The notes beneath the pieces were generated by a model. The model was not told where the DNA came from and searched no databases. It worked only from the letters and a program-made list of their open reading frames with translations. Below are positions 8,829 through 16,699 of a DNA stretch of 26,281 nt, in pieces (position 1 is the stretch's first letter; every line of letters begins with the position of its first letter). Made by a program: the position numbers and the translations under genes. Source of the stretch: an uncultured Candidatus Saccharibacteria bacterium (lineage in GTDB: Bacteria; Patescibacteriota; Minisyncoccia; Sungbacterales; JACQCQ01); contig CAZOFN010000001.1 of assembly GCA_964579195.1 (NCBI GenBank), forward strand, positions 1 to 26,281, in the 5' to 3' direction.

Positions 8829-10546
8829 ACGATGTTTTCTTCTTTAAATTTTTTGACGCAGTCGTCGATAGCAACACTGCCTTGGTCACCGTCGCCGCGT
8901 TTTCGCAAAGCTACCGTGCCCGCTTCGGCTTCTTTATTACCAATCACGAGAAGGTAGGGGATTTTTTGCATCTCTGCCTCACGAATCTTTTTTCCGATGG
9001 ATTCATTGCGTTCATCAATATCCAAACGGATTCCCTCCGTCTTCAATTTTGCTGCCACTGAGCTTACATATCCTTTGTTTTTGTCATTGATGGGAAGAAG
9101 CGTCGCCTGCACGGGAGCGAGCCAGAAGGGAAAGGCTCCCGCGTAATGTTCAATTAAAATGCCAATAAAGCGCTCCAGTGATCCGTAAATGACGCGGTGA
9201 ATAGCAACAGGCGTTTTCTCTTTTCCATCTTCATCAATATAGCCGAGTTTAAACCGGCGGGGCTGCTGAAAATCGAGCTGGATCGTACCCATTTGCCACT
9301 CGCGGCCAAGTGTATCCTTCATAATAATATCAATTTTGGGTCCGTAGAACGCACCATCACCCTCTTCAACTAAATACTGCTTTCCACTTTCTTCGAGTAA
9401 AGTCTTCAGTGTCGCTTCCGCAGTATCCCATGTTTCGATGTCTCCCAGGAAGCTTTCGGGCCTGGTGCCGAGTCGAAAGAAATAAGGAAGATTGAAAATC
9501 GAATAAAACCGCTCAACAATTTCAAAGATATTCTGATACTCTTCTCCAATTTGGTCTTCAGTGACAAAGCAGTGCGCGTCATCTTGGCGAAACTCGCGGA
9601 CGCGGAAAAGACCGTTGAGAGTTCCTGAAAGTTCATAACGATGAAGAGGATCGGTGTCAGAAAAGCGAAGTGGTAAATCACGATAGCTTCGGAGTTTCGA
9701 CCCGAACACAATCATAGCGTTAGGGCAATTCATGGCTTTCAGGCCGTACTCTTCTTCATCCGGAGTTTTTGAAACGAACATATTCTCCCAGTAGTGTTCG
9801 TAATGACCGGAAATTTCATAAAGCCTTCGTTTGTTTACCAGTGGTGAGACGATTTCATGGTAGTTTCGTTTTTGGTGCTCCTTGCGCCAAAACTCAATCA
9901 GCGTGTTGTAGAGAAGAACCCCTTTGGGTAACCAATACGGCATACCGGGCGCCGTCTCGTGGAACATGAAGAGATCAAGTTGGGGTCCAAGTTTTTTGTG
10001 ATCGCGTTTCTCTGCCTCTTCGAGCATTGCAAGATACTCATCCAGTTTTTGTTTAGTATCGAAAGCCACACCATAGATTCGTGTAAGTTGAGGGTTTTTC
10101 TCGCTGCCGCGCCAGTAGGCGCCCGCAAGGCGCGTGAGTTTGAAGGCGTCTGGGTCAATATCGCTGGCGTTCCCGACGTGCCCGCCGCGGCAGAGATCCA
10201 CATAATTTCCCGATTGGTAGAGTGTCAGCGTCTCTCCATTTTTTGAGAACTCGTCAATGAGTTCGAGCTTGTAAAGATTGTCGCTGAATTCCACTCGCGC
10301 TTCGTCGGCCGATATCTCAGTCCGGCGGAACTCCTTCCAGGTGAGAAGGATTTCCCCCATCTTCTTCTCGATTTTAGGAAGATCGCTCTCAGAGATTGGT
10401 TCGGCGAATTCGAAGTCATAATAAAACCCGTTCTCAATAACGGGGCCAATGGCGCGTTTGGTATTTGGCCAAAGCTCCATCACGGCCGCCGCGAGGAGAT
10501 GAGCGAGCGAGTGCCGCAAGTTTTCTAAAGGGTGTACTTTGTCCAT
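8825..10546 (-). CDS. thrS: Threonine--tRNA ligase (begins at the editing domain, no TGS domain)
   Basis: RHSLAHLLAAAV, DLCRGGH, RDHKKLG, LKAMNCP, RVREFRQDDAH, FYGPKID, TIQLDF and IHRVIYGSLERF. Confidence 0.98.
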   Translation of the reverse strand: MDKVHPLENLRHSLAHLLAAAVMELWPNTKRAIGPVIENGFYYDFEFAEPISESDLPKIEKKMGEILLTWKEFRRTEISADEARVEFSDNLYKLELIDEFSKNGETLTLYQSGNYVDLCRGGHVGNASDIDPDAFKLTRLAGAYWRGSEKNPQLTRIYGVAFDTKQKLDEYLAMLEEAEKRDHKKLGPQLDLFMFHETAPGMPYWLPKGVLLYNTLIEFWRKEHQKRNYHEIVSPLVNKRRLYEISGHYEHYWENMFVSKTPDEEEYGLKAMNCPNAMIVFGSKLRSYRDLPLRFSDTDPLHRYELSGTLNGLFRVREFRQDDAHCFVTEDQIGEEYQNIFEIVERFYSIFNLPYFFRLGTRPESFLGDIETWDTAEATLKTLLEESGKQYLVEEGDGAFYGPKIDIIMKDTLGREWQMGTIQLDFQQPRRFKLGYIDEDGKEKTPVAIHRVIYGSLERFIGILIEHYAGAFPFWLAPVQATLLPINDKNKGYVSSVAAKLKTEGIRLDIDERNESIGKKIREAEMQKIPYLLVIGNKEAEAGTVALRKRGDGDQGSVAIDDCVKKFKEENIV

Positions 10547-10638
10547 CTTTGTTACCTTACTAAGGATTTAGCTGGTAATGGAGGGGAATGAGCGGGTGAA
10601 GTCGAGCGTCTAGCCAGGCTATATCTAATAGTCCTTCT

Positions 10639-10669
10639 AAAAAACGAAGACCTCTTCTGGGGAAGAGGC
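10639..10669 (-). terminator. Attenuator terminator in the thrS leader
   Basis: Minus strand GCCTCTTC-CCCA-GAAGAGGT followed by CTTCGTTTTTT, between the leader ORF and thrS. Confidence 0.75.
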
Positions 10670-10698
10670 GGTTTCTTGTTCTCGGCTCATTCGCAAAA

Positions 10699-10758
10699 CT
10701 ACCCTTTCCTCAAAGAAAATCCCTTGGCGGTCGTGGTAGTTGTCGCGGCCATGATCAT
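10699..10758 (-). CDS. Thr-rich leader peptide of thrS (MIMAATTTTTAKGFSLRKG)
   Basis: Five consecutive Thr codons (ACA ACT ACC ACG ACC, 10743-10729), downstream of a promoter and upstream of a terminator and thrS. Confidence 0.82.
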   Translation of the reverse strand: MIMAATTTTTAKGFSLRKG

Positions 10759-10770
10759 GAGTATAGAGCC

Positions 10771-10799
10771 TTTATACTTCTCTTCGAATTCTTTGTCAA
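10771..10799 (-). promoter_or_regulatory. sigma70-type promoter of the thrS leader
   Basis: TTGACA (10799-10794), 17 nt, TATAAA (10776-10771). Confidence 0.8.
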
Positions 10800-10878
10800 T
10801 TCACAGTCGCATGAAAGTTAATGTGGGAATAATATTAGAGTATTAGGGAGAGAAGCTCTCTCAAGGAAGGAGCCAGCC

Positions 10879-11109
10879 GTGCGTATCCGAACCAAAGATA
10901 TGCGTGAGTTTTTTCGAGGACTCAGGCACGCGTTTGCGCACGAGCCGCTGCAGACGACGGGCCACACACTTCTCTTCGCTGGACTCGTTACGGGAGTGGG
11001 TATTCTGTGGATCGGCTGGCGCGCATGCCAGGTGTTGAAGCAGAGACCCGCTAAAAAAGCCGAGGCGCGCTCGGTTCAGGAAGTTCCTGCTGGCGATGAG
11101 CTGCGGTGA
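10879..11109 (+). CDS. Small hypothetical membrane protein
   Basis: One hydrophobic segment (LLFAGLVTGVGILWIGW). Fills the gap between the thrS promoter and the dnaE 3' end and is followed by a strong hairpin. Confidence 0.5.
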   Translation: MRIRTKDMREFFRGLRHAFAHEPLQTTGHTLLFAGLVTGVGILWIGWRACQVLKQRPAKKAEARSVQEVPAGDELR

Positions 11110-11110
11110 C

Positions 11111-11139
11111 GCCGCGCCTTGATTACATCAAGGCGCGGC
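11111..11139. terminator. Hairpin between convergent genes
   Basis: GCCGCGCCTTGAT-TAC-ATCAAGGCGCGGC, 13-bp perfect stem with no long U-tract. Confidence 0.6.
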
Positions 11140-11145
11140 TATCGG

Positions 11146-14100
11146 TTATATGAGTTCACTCACTTGGTCGCAGAGAATCTTCGGTTCTCCATCTTTTTCT
11201 GAGACTTTTCCGTGCACGAGGAGCAGCTTCTCCGGTTGCCAAATGGCAGGATTTTTAGCGAGCATTGAAGGAAAGACTAATACTTCAGTTTTAGCGGTCG
11301 TATCTTCAAATGTAACAAAAAGCATGGATTCGCCGCTTTTTGTCAAAATTTTCTTGATTTCTGAAACGACGCCGCCGATGGAGACCATCTGACCGCGCAC
11401 GGATTCTGCGCCAAGTCCCCGGATGGGTCTAGCGGACATGTTTTTCAAAACTGGAGTCAGTTCAGCCAGTGGATGTTCGGTAACATAGAGGCCGAGAAGC
11501 TCCTTTTCCCAAGCGAGACGTTGCTTTTTTGATGCCGCCTCGGCTTTTTGCAGAGGAAGTGAGGGGGTTGCGAGATTTGGCTGCGAGTCAAAGAGGCCGC
11601 CCTGGCTTGAGCTTGCCCTTCGTTCGCGCTCCCTGGCGTAATTTAAGAGGAGCTCCATGTTTACAAGAACCTGGTTTCGTTCGCCAATGCTGTCGAGTGC
11701 CCCGCATTTTGCATGTGACTCGAGTGATTTCCGATTAAGGTCCTTAACGGGCAGACGTTCAATAAAGTCGGCGAGAGATAGAAATTTTCCCTCAGATTTT
11801 CGCGCGGCAATGACGGACTCCACGATATTGGAGCCGACGTTCTTGATTGCCGAAAGCCCGAACCTGATTTTGGCATTTTTCTCATCAATATCGGCAACGG
11901 TAAAAGTCTCAAAACTTTCGTTGATGTCGGGTGCAAGCACTTCAATGCCCATTGACTTGGCTTCATTAATGAGAAAGGCGACGCGCTCTATTTCAAACCC
12001 CTCTGCGGTCATTAAGGCTGCCATGTACTCAGGTGCAAAGTGCGCCTTTAGATAACCCGTCTGATAGGCTACTAGTGCATAGCATGCGGCGTGTGCCCGG
12101 TTAAACCCGTACCGGGCAAAGGCTGGGAAGAGTTCCCAGATGGTTTCCGCTGTCTTCTCATGAATCCCTTTTTTCTTCATGCCCTCGATTAACTTTTCAC
12201 GTTGCTCATTAAGGAGGGATTTAATCTTCTTCCCGATAGCTTTTCGCAACGTGTCGGCTTCGGGGAGGGTATAGCCGGCGAGGTCCCGCGCAATTTGCAT
12301 CATTTGCTCCTGATAGACACCAATGCCATAGGTTGGCCCTAAAATCGGCTCGAGTTTCGGGTGAAGATACTGTACAGGCTCTCGCTTGTGTTTTCGATTG
12401 ATGTAGGAGGGGATGTATTCCATCGGGCCAGGTCGGTAAAGGGCCACCATCGCAATCAGGTCCTCAAGTTCTGTAGGTCGAAGTTCCTTCAAGTAACGTT
12501 TCATGCCGTCCGACTCAAATTGGAAGACGCCAGTGGTTCGCGCTTCCTGGAACAGCTTGTAGGTTGGCTTGTCATCGAGTGGCAGCGCATCAATATCCAT
12601 TTCAATACCGCGGAGCTTTTTTACGAGATTCACGGTCCGCTCAATAATCGAGAGGTTACGAAGGCCGAGGAAGTCCATCTTGAGAAGACCAAGTGCCTCG
12701 ACCCCTTTCATATCGTACTGAGTCACGAGAACTTGTGAGTCTTCCTCGCCAGCTCGAGTGGCATATTGCAGCGGGACAAAATTCTCGAGCGCTTCAGGAC
12801 CGATTACGACACCAGATGCATGTATTGAGGCATGCCTCGCCACGCCCTCCAATTTCCGCGCCGAATCAATCAGCCGCTTTGCCTCAGGGTTTGTTTCGTA
12901 AAGGTCACGGAGTTCAAAGACATTTTTGAGGCACTCGTCAAGCCACCCCTCCTTCATGCCCTGCGTGGGGTTGAAGGGAATCAGCTTTGCCACCTGGTCG
13001 CAGAAAGCGTATGCCATGCCGAGAGCCCGACCGGTGTCGCGGATGGCGGCCCTGGCGGCCATCGTTCCGAACGTGATGATTTGTGCTACGTGGTCGTCTC
13101 CATATTTTTTCTTCACGTACTCAATGACCTCATCGCGACTGGTATCGGCAAAGTCGAGGTCCATATCAGGCATCGAGATACGCTCCGGATTCAAGAACCG
13201 CCCACACAGTAGATTGTATTTCAAGGGGTCCAGGTTCGTAATATTTAAAAGATACGAGATGAGCGAGCCGGCGGCAGAACCTCTGCCTGGTCCGACAACA
13301 ATTCCGCTGTCTTTTGCCCAATTCACGAAGTCCTGTACAACGAGAAAGTATGAAATGAAGCCGGTTGTTTTAATAATTTCGAACTCGTAGTGGTACCGCT
13401 CACGGAGCGCCGTGATGAATGGGTCTTTGCTCATCCGCAATGTCCTTTCGTCAATACCGTAGCGCCGCTTAATTCCCCCAAGGCAACATTTCGCAAAGTA
13501 TTGTTCCTGTGTGTAACCGGCTGGCGTCAAAAACGGGGGAATCTTGTTCTTTCCTAGTTCGATCTCGACATTCGTCATGTCCGCAATGAGCGATGAATTC
13601 TCTATCGCCTCGGGAGTTGCGGGAAAGAGGGCCGCCATTTCTTCGGCGCTCCGAAGAGAGAAGTTATCTTGCCGCATGGTCAGACGGTTTTCATCTTCAA
13701 ACCGCGCGCCAGTCTGGACTGAGACGAGAATATCCTGCGCCTCCGCATCGTCAGCGCGACAGTAGTGAATGTCGTTGGTTGCCACGACCGGGGCTCCGGT
13801 TTTTTGTGAGAGTTCAATCAGTGCTTCGTTGACACCAACTTGCTCTGGAATATTGGGGTGTGCTCCGAGCTCCAGGAAAAAGTTCTCCTTTCCCAAAATT
13901 TCCTGGTATTCGTGAATGAGCGACTCTGCTTTTTCTCGCTGGTTTGTCATGATAGCGCGGGGAATCTCGCCGGTGAGGCAGCCGGAAAGTGCAATGAGAC
14001 CCTTCGCATATCGCGAAAGAATTTCACGATCCACGCGGGGCTTGTAATAAAAACCTTTGAGATGCGCTTCGGTAACGAGCTGAACAAGGTTTTGATATCC

Positions 14101-14388
14101 CTGGTTTGTTTTGGCAAGTACGGTCAGATGATAACGTTTGTCATCGAGTCCCGGCTCCTTGTCGGTGTAGCGCCGTGTGGCGACATACATTTCGCAGCCG
14201 ATGATGGGTTTTATGTCTGATTTTTTTGCCTTCTCGTAAAATTCAATTGCTCCGTATAGGCTCCCATGGTCAGTCAGAGCAATTGAGTCCATTCCAAGCT
14301 CATTTGTTCGTTCGATTAATTCGGGAATCTTAGTCAGTCCATCAAGGAGAGAGTAGTGAGAATGTGTATGTAGGTGGGTAAACCGCAT
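11146..14388 (-). CDS. dnaE: DNA polymerase III alpha subunit (start placed at MRFTHLH, 14388)
   Basis: PHP domain HLHTHSHYSLLDG, GPGRGSAAGS, RFLNPERISMPDMDLDF, KMDFLGLRNL, FNRAHAACY and a C-terminal OB fold. Confidence 0.98.
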   Translation of the reverse strand: MRFTHLHTHSHYSLLDGLTKIPELIERTNELGMDSIALTDHGSLYGAIEFYEKAKKSDIKPIIGCEMYVATRRYTDKEPGLDDKRYHLTVLAKTNQGYQNLVQLVTEAHLKGFYYKPRVDREILSRYAKGLIALSGCLTGEIPRAIMTNQREKAESLIHEYQEILGKENFFLELGAHPNIPEQVGVNEALIELSQKTGAPVVATNDIHYCRADDAEAQDILVSVQTGARFEDENRLTMRQDNFSLRSAEEMAALFPATPEAIENSSLIADMTNVEIELGKNKIPPFLTPAGYTQEQYFAKCCLGGIKRRYGIDERTLRMSKDPFITALRERYHYEFEIIKTTGFISYFLVVQDFVNWAKDSGIVVGPGRGSAAGSLISYLLNITNLDPLKYNLLCGRFLNPERISMPDMDLDFADTSRDEVIEYVKKKYGDDHVAQIITFGTMAARAAIRDTGRALGMAYAFCDQVAKLIPFNPTQGMKEGWLDECLKNVFELRDLYETNPEAKRLIDSARKLEGVARHASIHASGVVIGPEALENFVPLQYATRAGEEDSQVLVTQYDMKGVEALGLLKMDFLGLRNLSIIERTVNLVKKLRGIEMDIDALPLDDKPTYKLFQEARTTGVFQFESDGMKRYLKELRPTELEDLIAMVALYRPGPMEYIPSYINRKHKREPVQYLHPKLEPILGPTYGIGVYQEQMMQIARDLAGYTLPEADTLRKAIGKKIKSLLNEQREKLIEGMKKKGIHEKTAETIWELFPAFARYGFNRAHAACYALVAYQTGYLKAHFAPEYMAALMTAEGFEIERVAFLINEAKSMGIEVLAPDINESFETFTVADIDEKNAKIRFGLSAIKNVGSNIVESVIAARKSEGKFLSLADFIERLPVKDLNRKSLESHAKCGALDSIGERNQVLVNMELLLNYARERERRASSSQGGLFDSQPNLATPSLPLQKAEAASKKQRLAWEKELLGLYVTEHPLAELTPVLKNMSARPIRGLGAESVRGQMVSIGGVVSEIKKILTKSGESMLFVTFEDTTAKTEVLVFPSMLAKNPAIWQPEKLLLVHGKVSEKDGEPKILCDQVSELI

Positions 14389-14394
14389 GGCGAT

Positions 14395-14474
14395 TTCCAA
14401 AGGCTTCAAAGGGATCAAAGGTTCTTCATGAGTAGCCACCTTTGGTGCTTTTGATACTTTTGGTACCTTTATAG
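14395..14474. repeat. Two inverted arrays of degenerate 9-mers in the dnaE/rnhB divergent intergenic region
   Basis: TTCCAAAGG CTTCAAAGG GATCAAAGG (14395-14421), 17 nt, then CCTTTGGTG CTTTTGATA CTTTTGGTA CCTTTATAG (14439-14474). Confidence 0.75.
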
Positions 14475-14500
14475 TATAGAAGTAGCTCGGGAAGACTAAA

Positions 14501-15097
14501 GTGGATAAGCGCTGGACAAAAAGAAGCTATGTTGGCGGAATTGACGAAGCGGGGCGCGGACCGCTAGCAGGACCCGTCAGTGTCGCAATGGTAGTTGCCC
14601 CGAAGGGTTTTCGCTTCTGGCACCCAAAACTGGGGAGAATCAAGGATTCAAAGAAGCTAACCGCGAAAGGACGCCTTCTTTGGTATGTGTTTTTGACGAG
14701 CCACCCCAAGCTCTCGTGGGTACATTCATATGTCACTTGCCGCGTGATTGATAGAGTTAACGTTGCGCGCGCCATAGATAGGGGAGTGAAGCGCCTCGGC
14801 ATTCGGTGTAAGCCCGTGCCGGATTTCGTTTTTCTTGACGGCTCGCTTCACTTCACCGATGCGATTCCCCACAAGGTTGTGGTCAAGGGTGACGAGAAGA
14901 TTCCCATCGTCTCGGCTGCCTCAATTATCGCCAAAGTCCGCCGCGACCGACACATGGTAAAGATGGCGAAGAAATTTCCACAATATAGCTTTGACGTTCA
15001 TAAAGGTTACGGCACCCGAAGGCACATTGAACTGATTAAATCCTTCGGCCCTTCGCCGCTCCACCGAACTACATTTATTCGTTCATTTGTGCCGTAG
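14501..15097 (+). CDS. rnhB: Ribonuclease HII
   Basis: GIDEAGRGPLAGPV, IKDSKKLT, FLDG, KGDEKIPIVSAASIIAKVRRD and HKGYGT. Confidence 0.96.
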   Translation: MDKRWTKRSYVGGIDEAGRGPLAGPVSVAMVVAPKGFRFWHPKLGRIKDSKKLTAKGRLLWYVFLTSHPKLSWVHSYVTCRVIDRVNVARAIDRGVKRLGIRCKPVPDFVFLDGSLHFTDAIPHKVVVKGDEKIPIVSAASIIAKVRRDRHMVKMAKKFPQYSFDVHKGYGTRRHIELIKSFGPSPLHRTTFIRSFVP

Positions 15098-15191
15098 TTC
15101 GTGCTATCGCATTGGTCTCTCGTGTGTTCCGTGTTCTTCTTGCCTGAGCCGCGCATCCGGCACTTTTCCATAAATCTGAAGCGGTATGGCA

Positions 15192-15231
15192 TTTATCATT
15201 AAAATACGCTATAGCGTATTTTAATGATAAA
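15192..15231. repeat. 40-bp perfect loop-less palindrome
   Basis: TTTATCATTAAAATACGCTA|TAGCGTATTTTAATGATAAA. Confidence 0.9.
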
Positions 15232-15260
15232 AAAGATCCGCCTTTTGCATTCATCGCAGT

Positions 15261-15289
15261 TTGACCCTTCGGTACTTTTTCTCTAATAT
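15261..15289 (+). promoter_or_regulatory. sigma70-type promoter of the tRNA locus
   Basis: TTGACC, 17 nt, TAATAT, ending 14 nt before the tRNA-like 5' end at 15304. Confidence 0.7.
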
Positions 15290-15421
15290 TATTCAGTGCT
15301 TTTGGGCGTGTAGCTCAGTGGGCTTGAATACAATATCTTGTGTTCAAGTGGGAAAATAGCGTAGCTTTACCGAAGCGTCATTTCCCCGGGATTTCGCTGA
15401 GGGGAGCGAAACAGTGCGTCA

Positions 15422-15547
15422 CCCCGCACTAAAATTTGAAGATACGGGCAATTAGCTCAGTGGTAGAGCGCGTCACTGATAATGACGAGGTCGGAAGTTC
15501 GATCCTTCCATTGCCCACTACTTCAGAGGTTCAAATTTAGTGCGGGG
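15422..15547. mobile_element. MITE-like insert with ~18-bp terminal inverted repeats enclosing a tRNA
   Basis: CCCCGCACTAAAATTTGAA (15422-15440) and TTCAAATTTAGTGCGGGG (15530-15547) are reverse complements apart from one extra A. Confidence 0.55.
15446..15517 (+). tRNA. tRNA-Ile(GAT), intact, CCA not encoded
   Basis: Acceptor GGGCAAT/ATTGCCC+A; D arm GCTC/GAGC; anticodon arm CGTCA-CTGATAA-TGACG; T arm GGAAG-TTCGATC-CTTCC. Confidence 0.96.
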
Positions 15548-15590
15548 CAGGCCGATAATGACGAAGTCCCAGATCCGATCCCTGGCACGC

Positions 15591-15648
15591 TCACCAGATA
15601 AATTTTCCGAAGGTGAGATCGAAGGTTCGATTCCCTCATTCCCCGTCC
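15591..15648 (+). pseudogene. Degenerate tRNA 3' half (Arg- or Gly-like), directly preceding the accessory array
   Basis: TCACC...TTCCGAA-GGTGA-GATC-GAAGG-TTCGATT-CCCTC-ATTCCCC-G, with one T-stem mismatch and extra bases in the anticodon loop. No convincing 5' half. Confidence 0.6.
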
Positions 15649-15703
15649 CGAAAAAAACAAGCACCCAAGCACTCAATTTTTATACGGATTGCTGGACATC
15701 GAA
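15643..15703. repeat. Unit-proximal repeat B, copy 1
   Basis: Ungapped 48/61 identity with 16699-16759 (hand alignment); core AATTTTTATAC...CTGGACATCGAA. Confidence 0.85.
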
Positions 15704-15753
15704 TCTGAAACCAACTTGTGGCCTTGGCGTCTTATCTGGTATAAGATACATCC

Positions 15754-16089
15754 ATGGAAAATACGCCTCGAAAAGGAAAATATCGCTGGATTGTGTTTAA
15801 AAAGGGCGCAGAATGGGTAGCTGCTGCTTTGGAGTTTAATATTGTCCAGATTGGCGATGACCCGAATGTGGTGTATCTCGAATTGGAAGAAGCGGTGAGG
15901 GGTTACATAGAAGCGGCCCAAAAAATAACTGGATTCCGTGAGAAAGCTATTAACCCAGTTCTGAATCAAGAGCCAGACGCAGAATCTGAAAGTCTTTGGA
16001 ATCAGGCTCAATCAACGACGCGAGAACCAGCAACTCCCCTCCCCGAGAATGTGTTTAACTTCGGTACTAGGAATTTAGTAACGGCGTAG
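15754..16089 (+). CDS. HicB-like antitoxin
   Basis: YRWIVFKKGAEWVAAALEFNIVQIGDD...ELEEAVRGYIE is a HicB-type N-terminal pattern; directly upstream of hicA. Confidence 0.72.
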   Translation: MENTPRKGKYRWIVFKKGAEWVAAALEFNIVQIGDDPNVVYLELEEAVRGYIEAAQKITGFREKAINPVLNQEPDAESESLWNQAQSTTREPATPLPENVFNFGTRNLVTA

Positions 16090-16093
16090 CGAT

Positions 16094-16336
16094 ATGCCGC
16101 GCGGTATTTCGAATTGGACGTTTCGCGACATCCAAGCGTTTTTACTGCAACGTGGTTTTACACTTCACCACGTGCGGGGAAGCCATCACTATTTTAAGAG
16201 ATATACCAACGACAGATTCTTTATGACGCATGTCCAGCATCATGGATCGAGATCTATTCCTGAAGGGACAATGAACGCTATCATTCGGCAGTCTGGAATT
16301 CCTAAAGAAGAGTGGGTTAGTTGGACAGAAGAATGA
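16094..16336 (+). CDS. HicA family toxin
   Basis: 80 aa with FLLQRGF...RGSHHYF and IPEGTMNAIIRQSGI. Confidence 0.9.
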   Translation: MPRGISNWTFRDIQAFLLQRGFTLHHVRGSHHYFKRYTNDRFFMTHVQHHGSRSIPEGTMNAIIRQSGIPKEEWVSWTEE

Positions 16337-16369
16337 AATTTGGGAACTCCCTTCCGGCAAATACGTAGG

Positions 16370-16392
16370 TTCTAAAGTCGTTCAACAACCGC
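16370..16392. repeat. Unit-distal repeat A, copy 1 (putative att site)
   Basis: TTCTAAAGTCGTTCAACAACCGC, exact. Confidence 0.95.
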
Positions 16393-16400
16393 CGCACTAC

Positions 16401-16429
16401 TTGACAGACAATATAATACGTGCTAGGGT
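16401..16429 (+). promoter_or_regulatory. Possible sigma70 promoter of unit 2
   Basis: TTGACA, 17 nt, TAGGGT with an extended -10 TG. Confidence 0.5.
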
Positions 16430-16435
16430 GTTTTT

Positions 16436-16602
16436 GCTGATAGCAGAAGCTCGGCTTCTGCCAGCACCCACCCCAGGGCACTATGTGCCCCATGCGTGAC
16501 GTACCGTATTCCTAAGGGGCCTATGGCTCCGCCTCATCCTTTCGGGGAATTGAGAATGGATACGGCCACGGACATCACGTGTGAGGTGGGCTTTTTCTTT
16601 TT
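16436..16602 (+). ncRNA. Unassigned ~165-nt structured RNA
   Basis: Stems 16443-16450/16454-16461, 16467-16472/16585-16590, 16476-16481/16485-16490, 16492-16502/16572-16582, 16504-16511/16558-16565 and 16516-16521/16525-16530, plus TCCT-TTCG-GGGA. Ends in CTTTTTCTTTTT; no credible plus-strand ORF. Confidence 0.55.
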
Positions 16603-16644
16603 CTCTAAAAAGACTTGGTAATTCTTTTTTAGTATATCTATAAG

Positions 16645-16699
16645 TTCTAAAGTCGTTCCCACCACCAGGCGAGGCTCGCCCGCGGGCGGCAACAACCGC
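16645..16699. repeat. Repeat A, copy 2, split by a 32-nt GC-rich insertion
   Basis: TTCTAAAGTCGTTC (16645-16658) + insertion (16659-16690) + AACAACCGC (16691-16699). Confidence 0.9.

Larger units (their letters stand above)
15304..15596 (+). pseudogene. Degenerate, interrupted tRNA-Ile(GAT) enclosing the intact tRNA
   Basis: 5' GGGCGTG-TA-GCTC-AGTGG (15304-15321) pairs with CACGCTC-ACCA (15586-15596). Anticodon stem CGTCA (15417-15421)/TGACG (15559-15563) with GATAA. The T arm is damaged (CCAGA-TCCGATC-CCTGG). Insertions sit in the D loop and the anticodon loop. Confidence 0.7.

Noticed and set aside
10547-10800. T-box riboswitch upstream of thrS
   Set aside because: No T-box bulge consensus or stem I was found; the Thr-codon leader explains the region.
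13190-13215. Unusual DnaE residues (LLCGRFLNPER instead of LLFERFLNPER)
   Set aside because: Two single-base differences explain it and could be sequencing or assembly noise; the catalytic DMDLDF motif is intact.
15100-15290. Ribosomal protein L33 remnant (minus-strand CDECKRR)
   Set aside because: There is no second CxxC in a compatible frame and no overall similarity.
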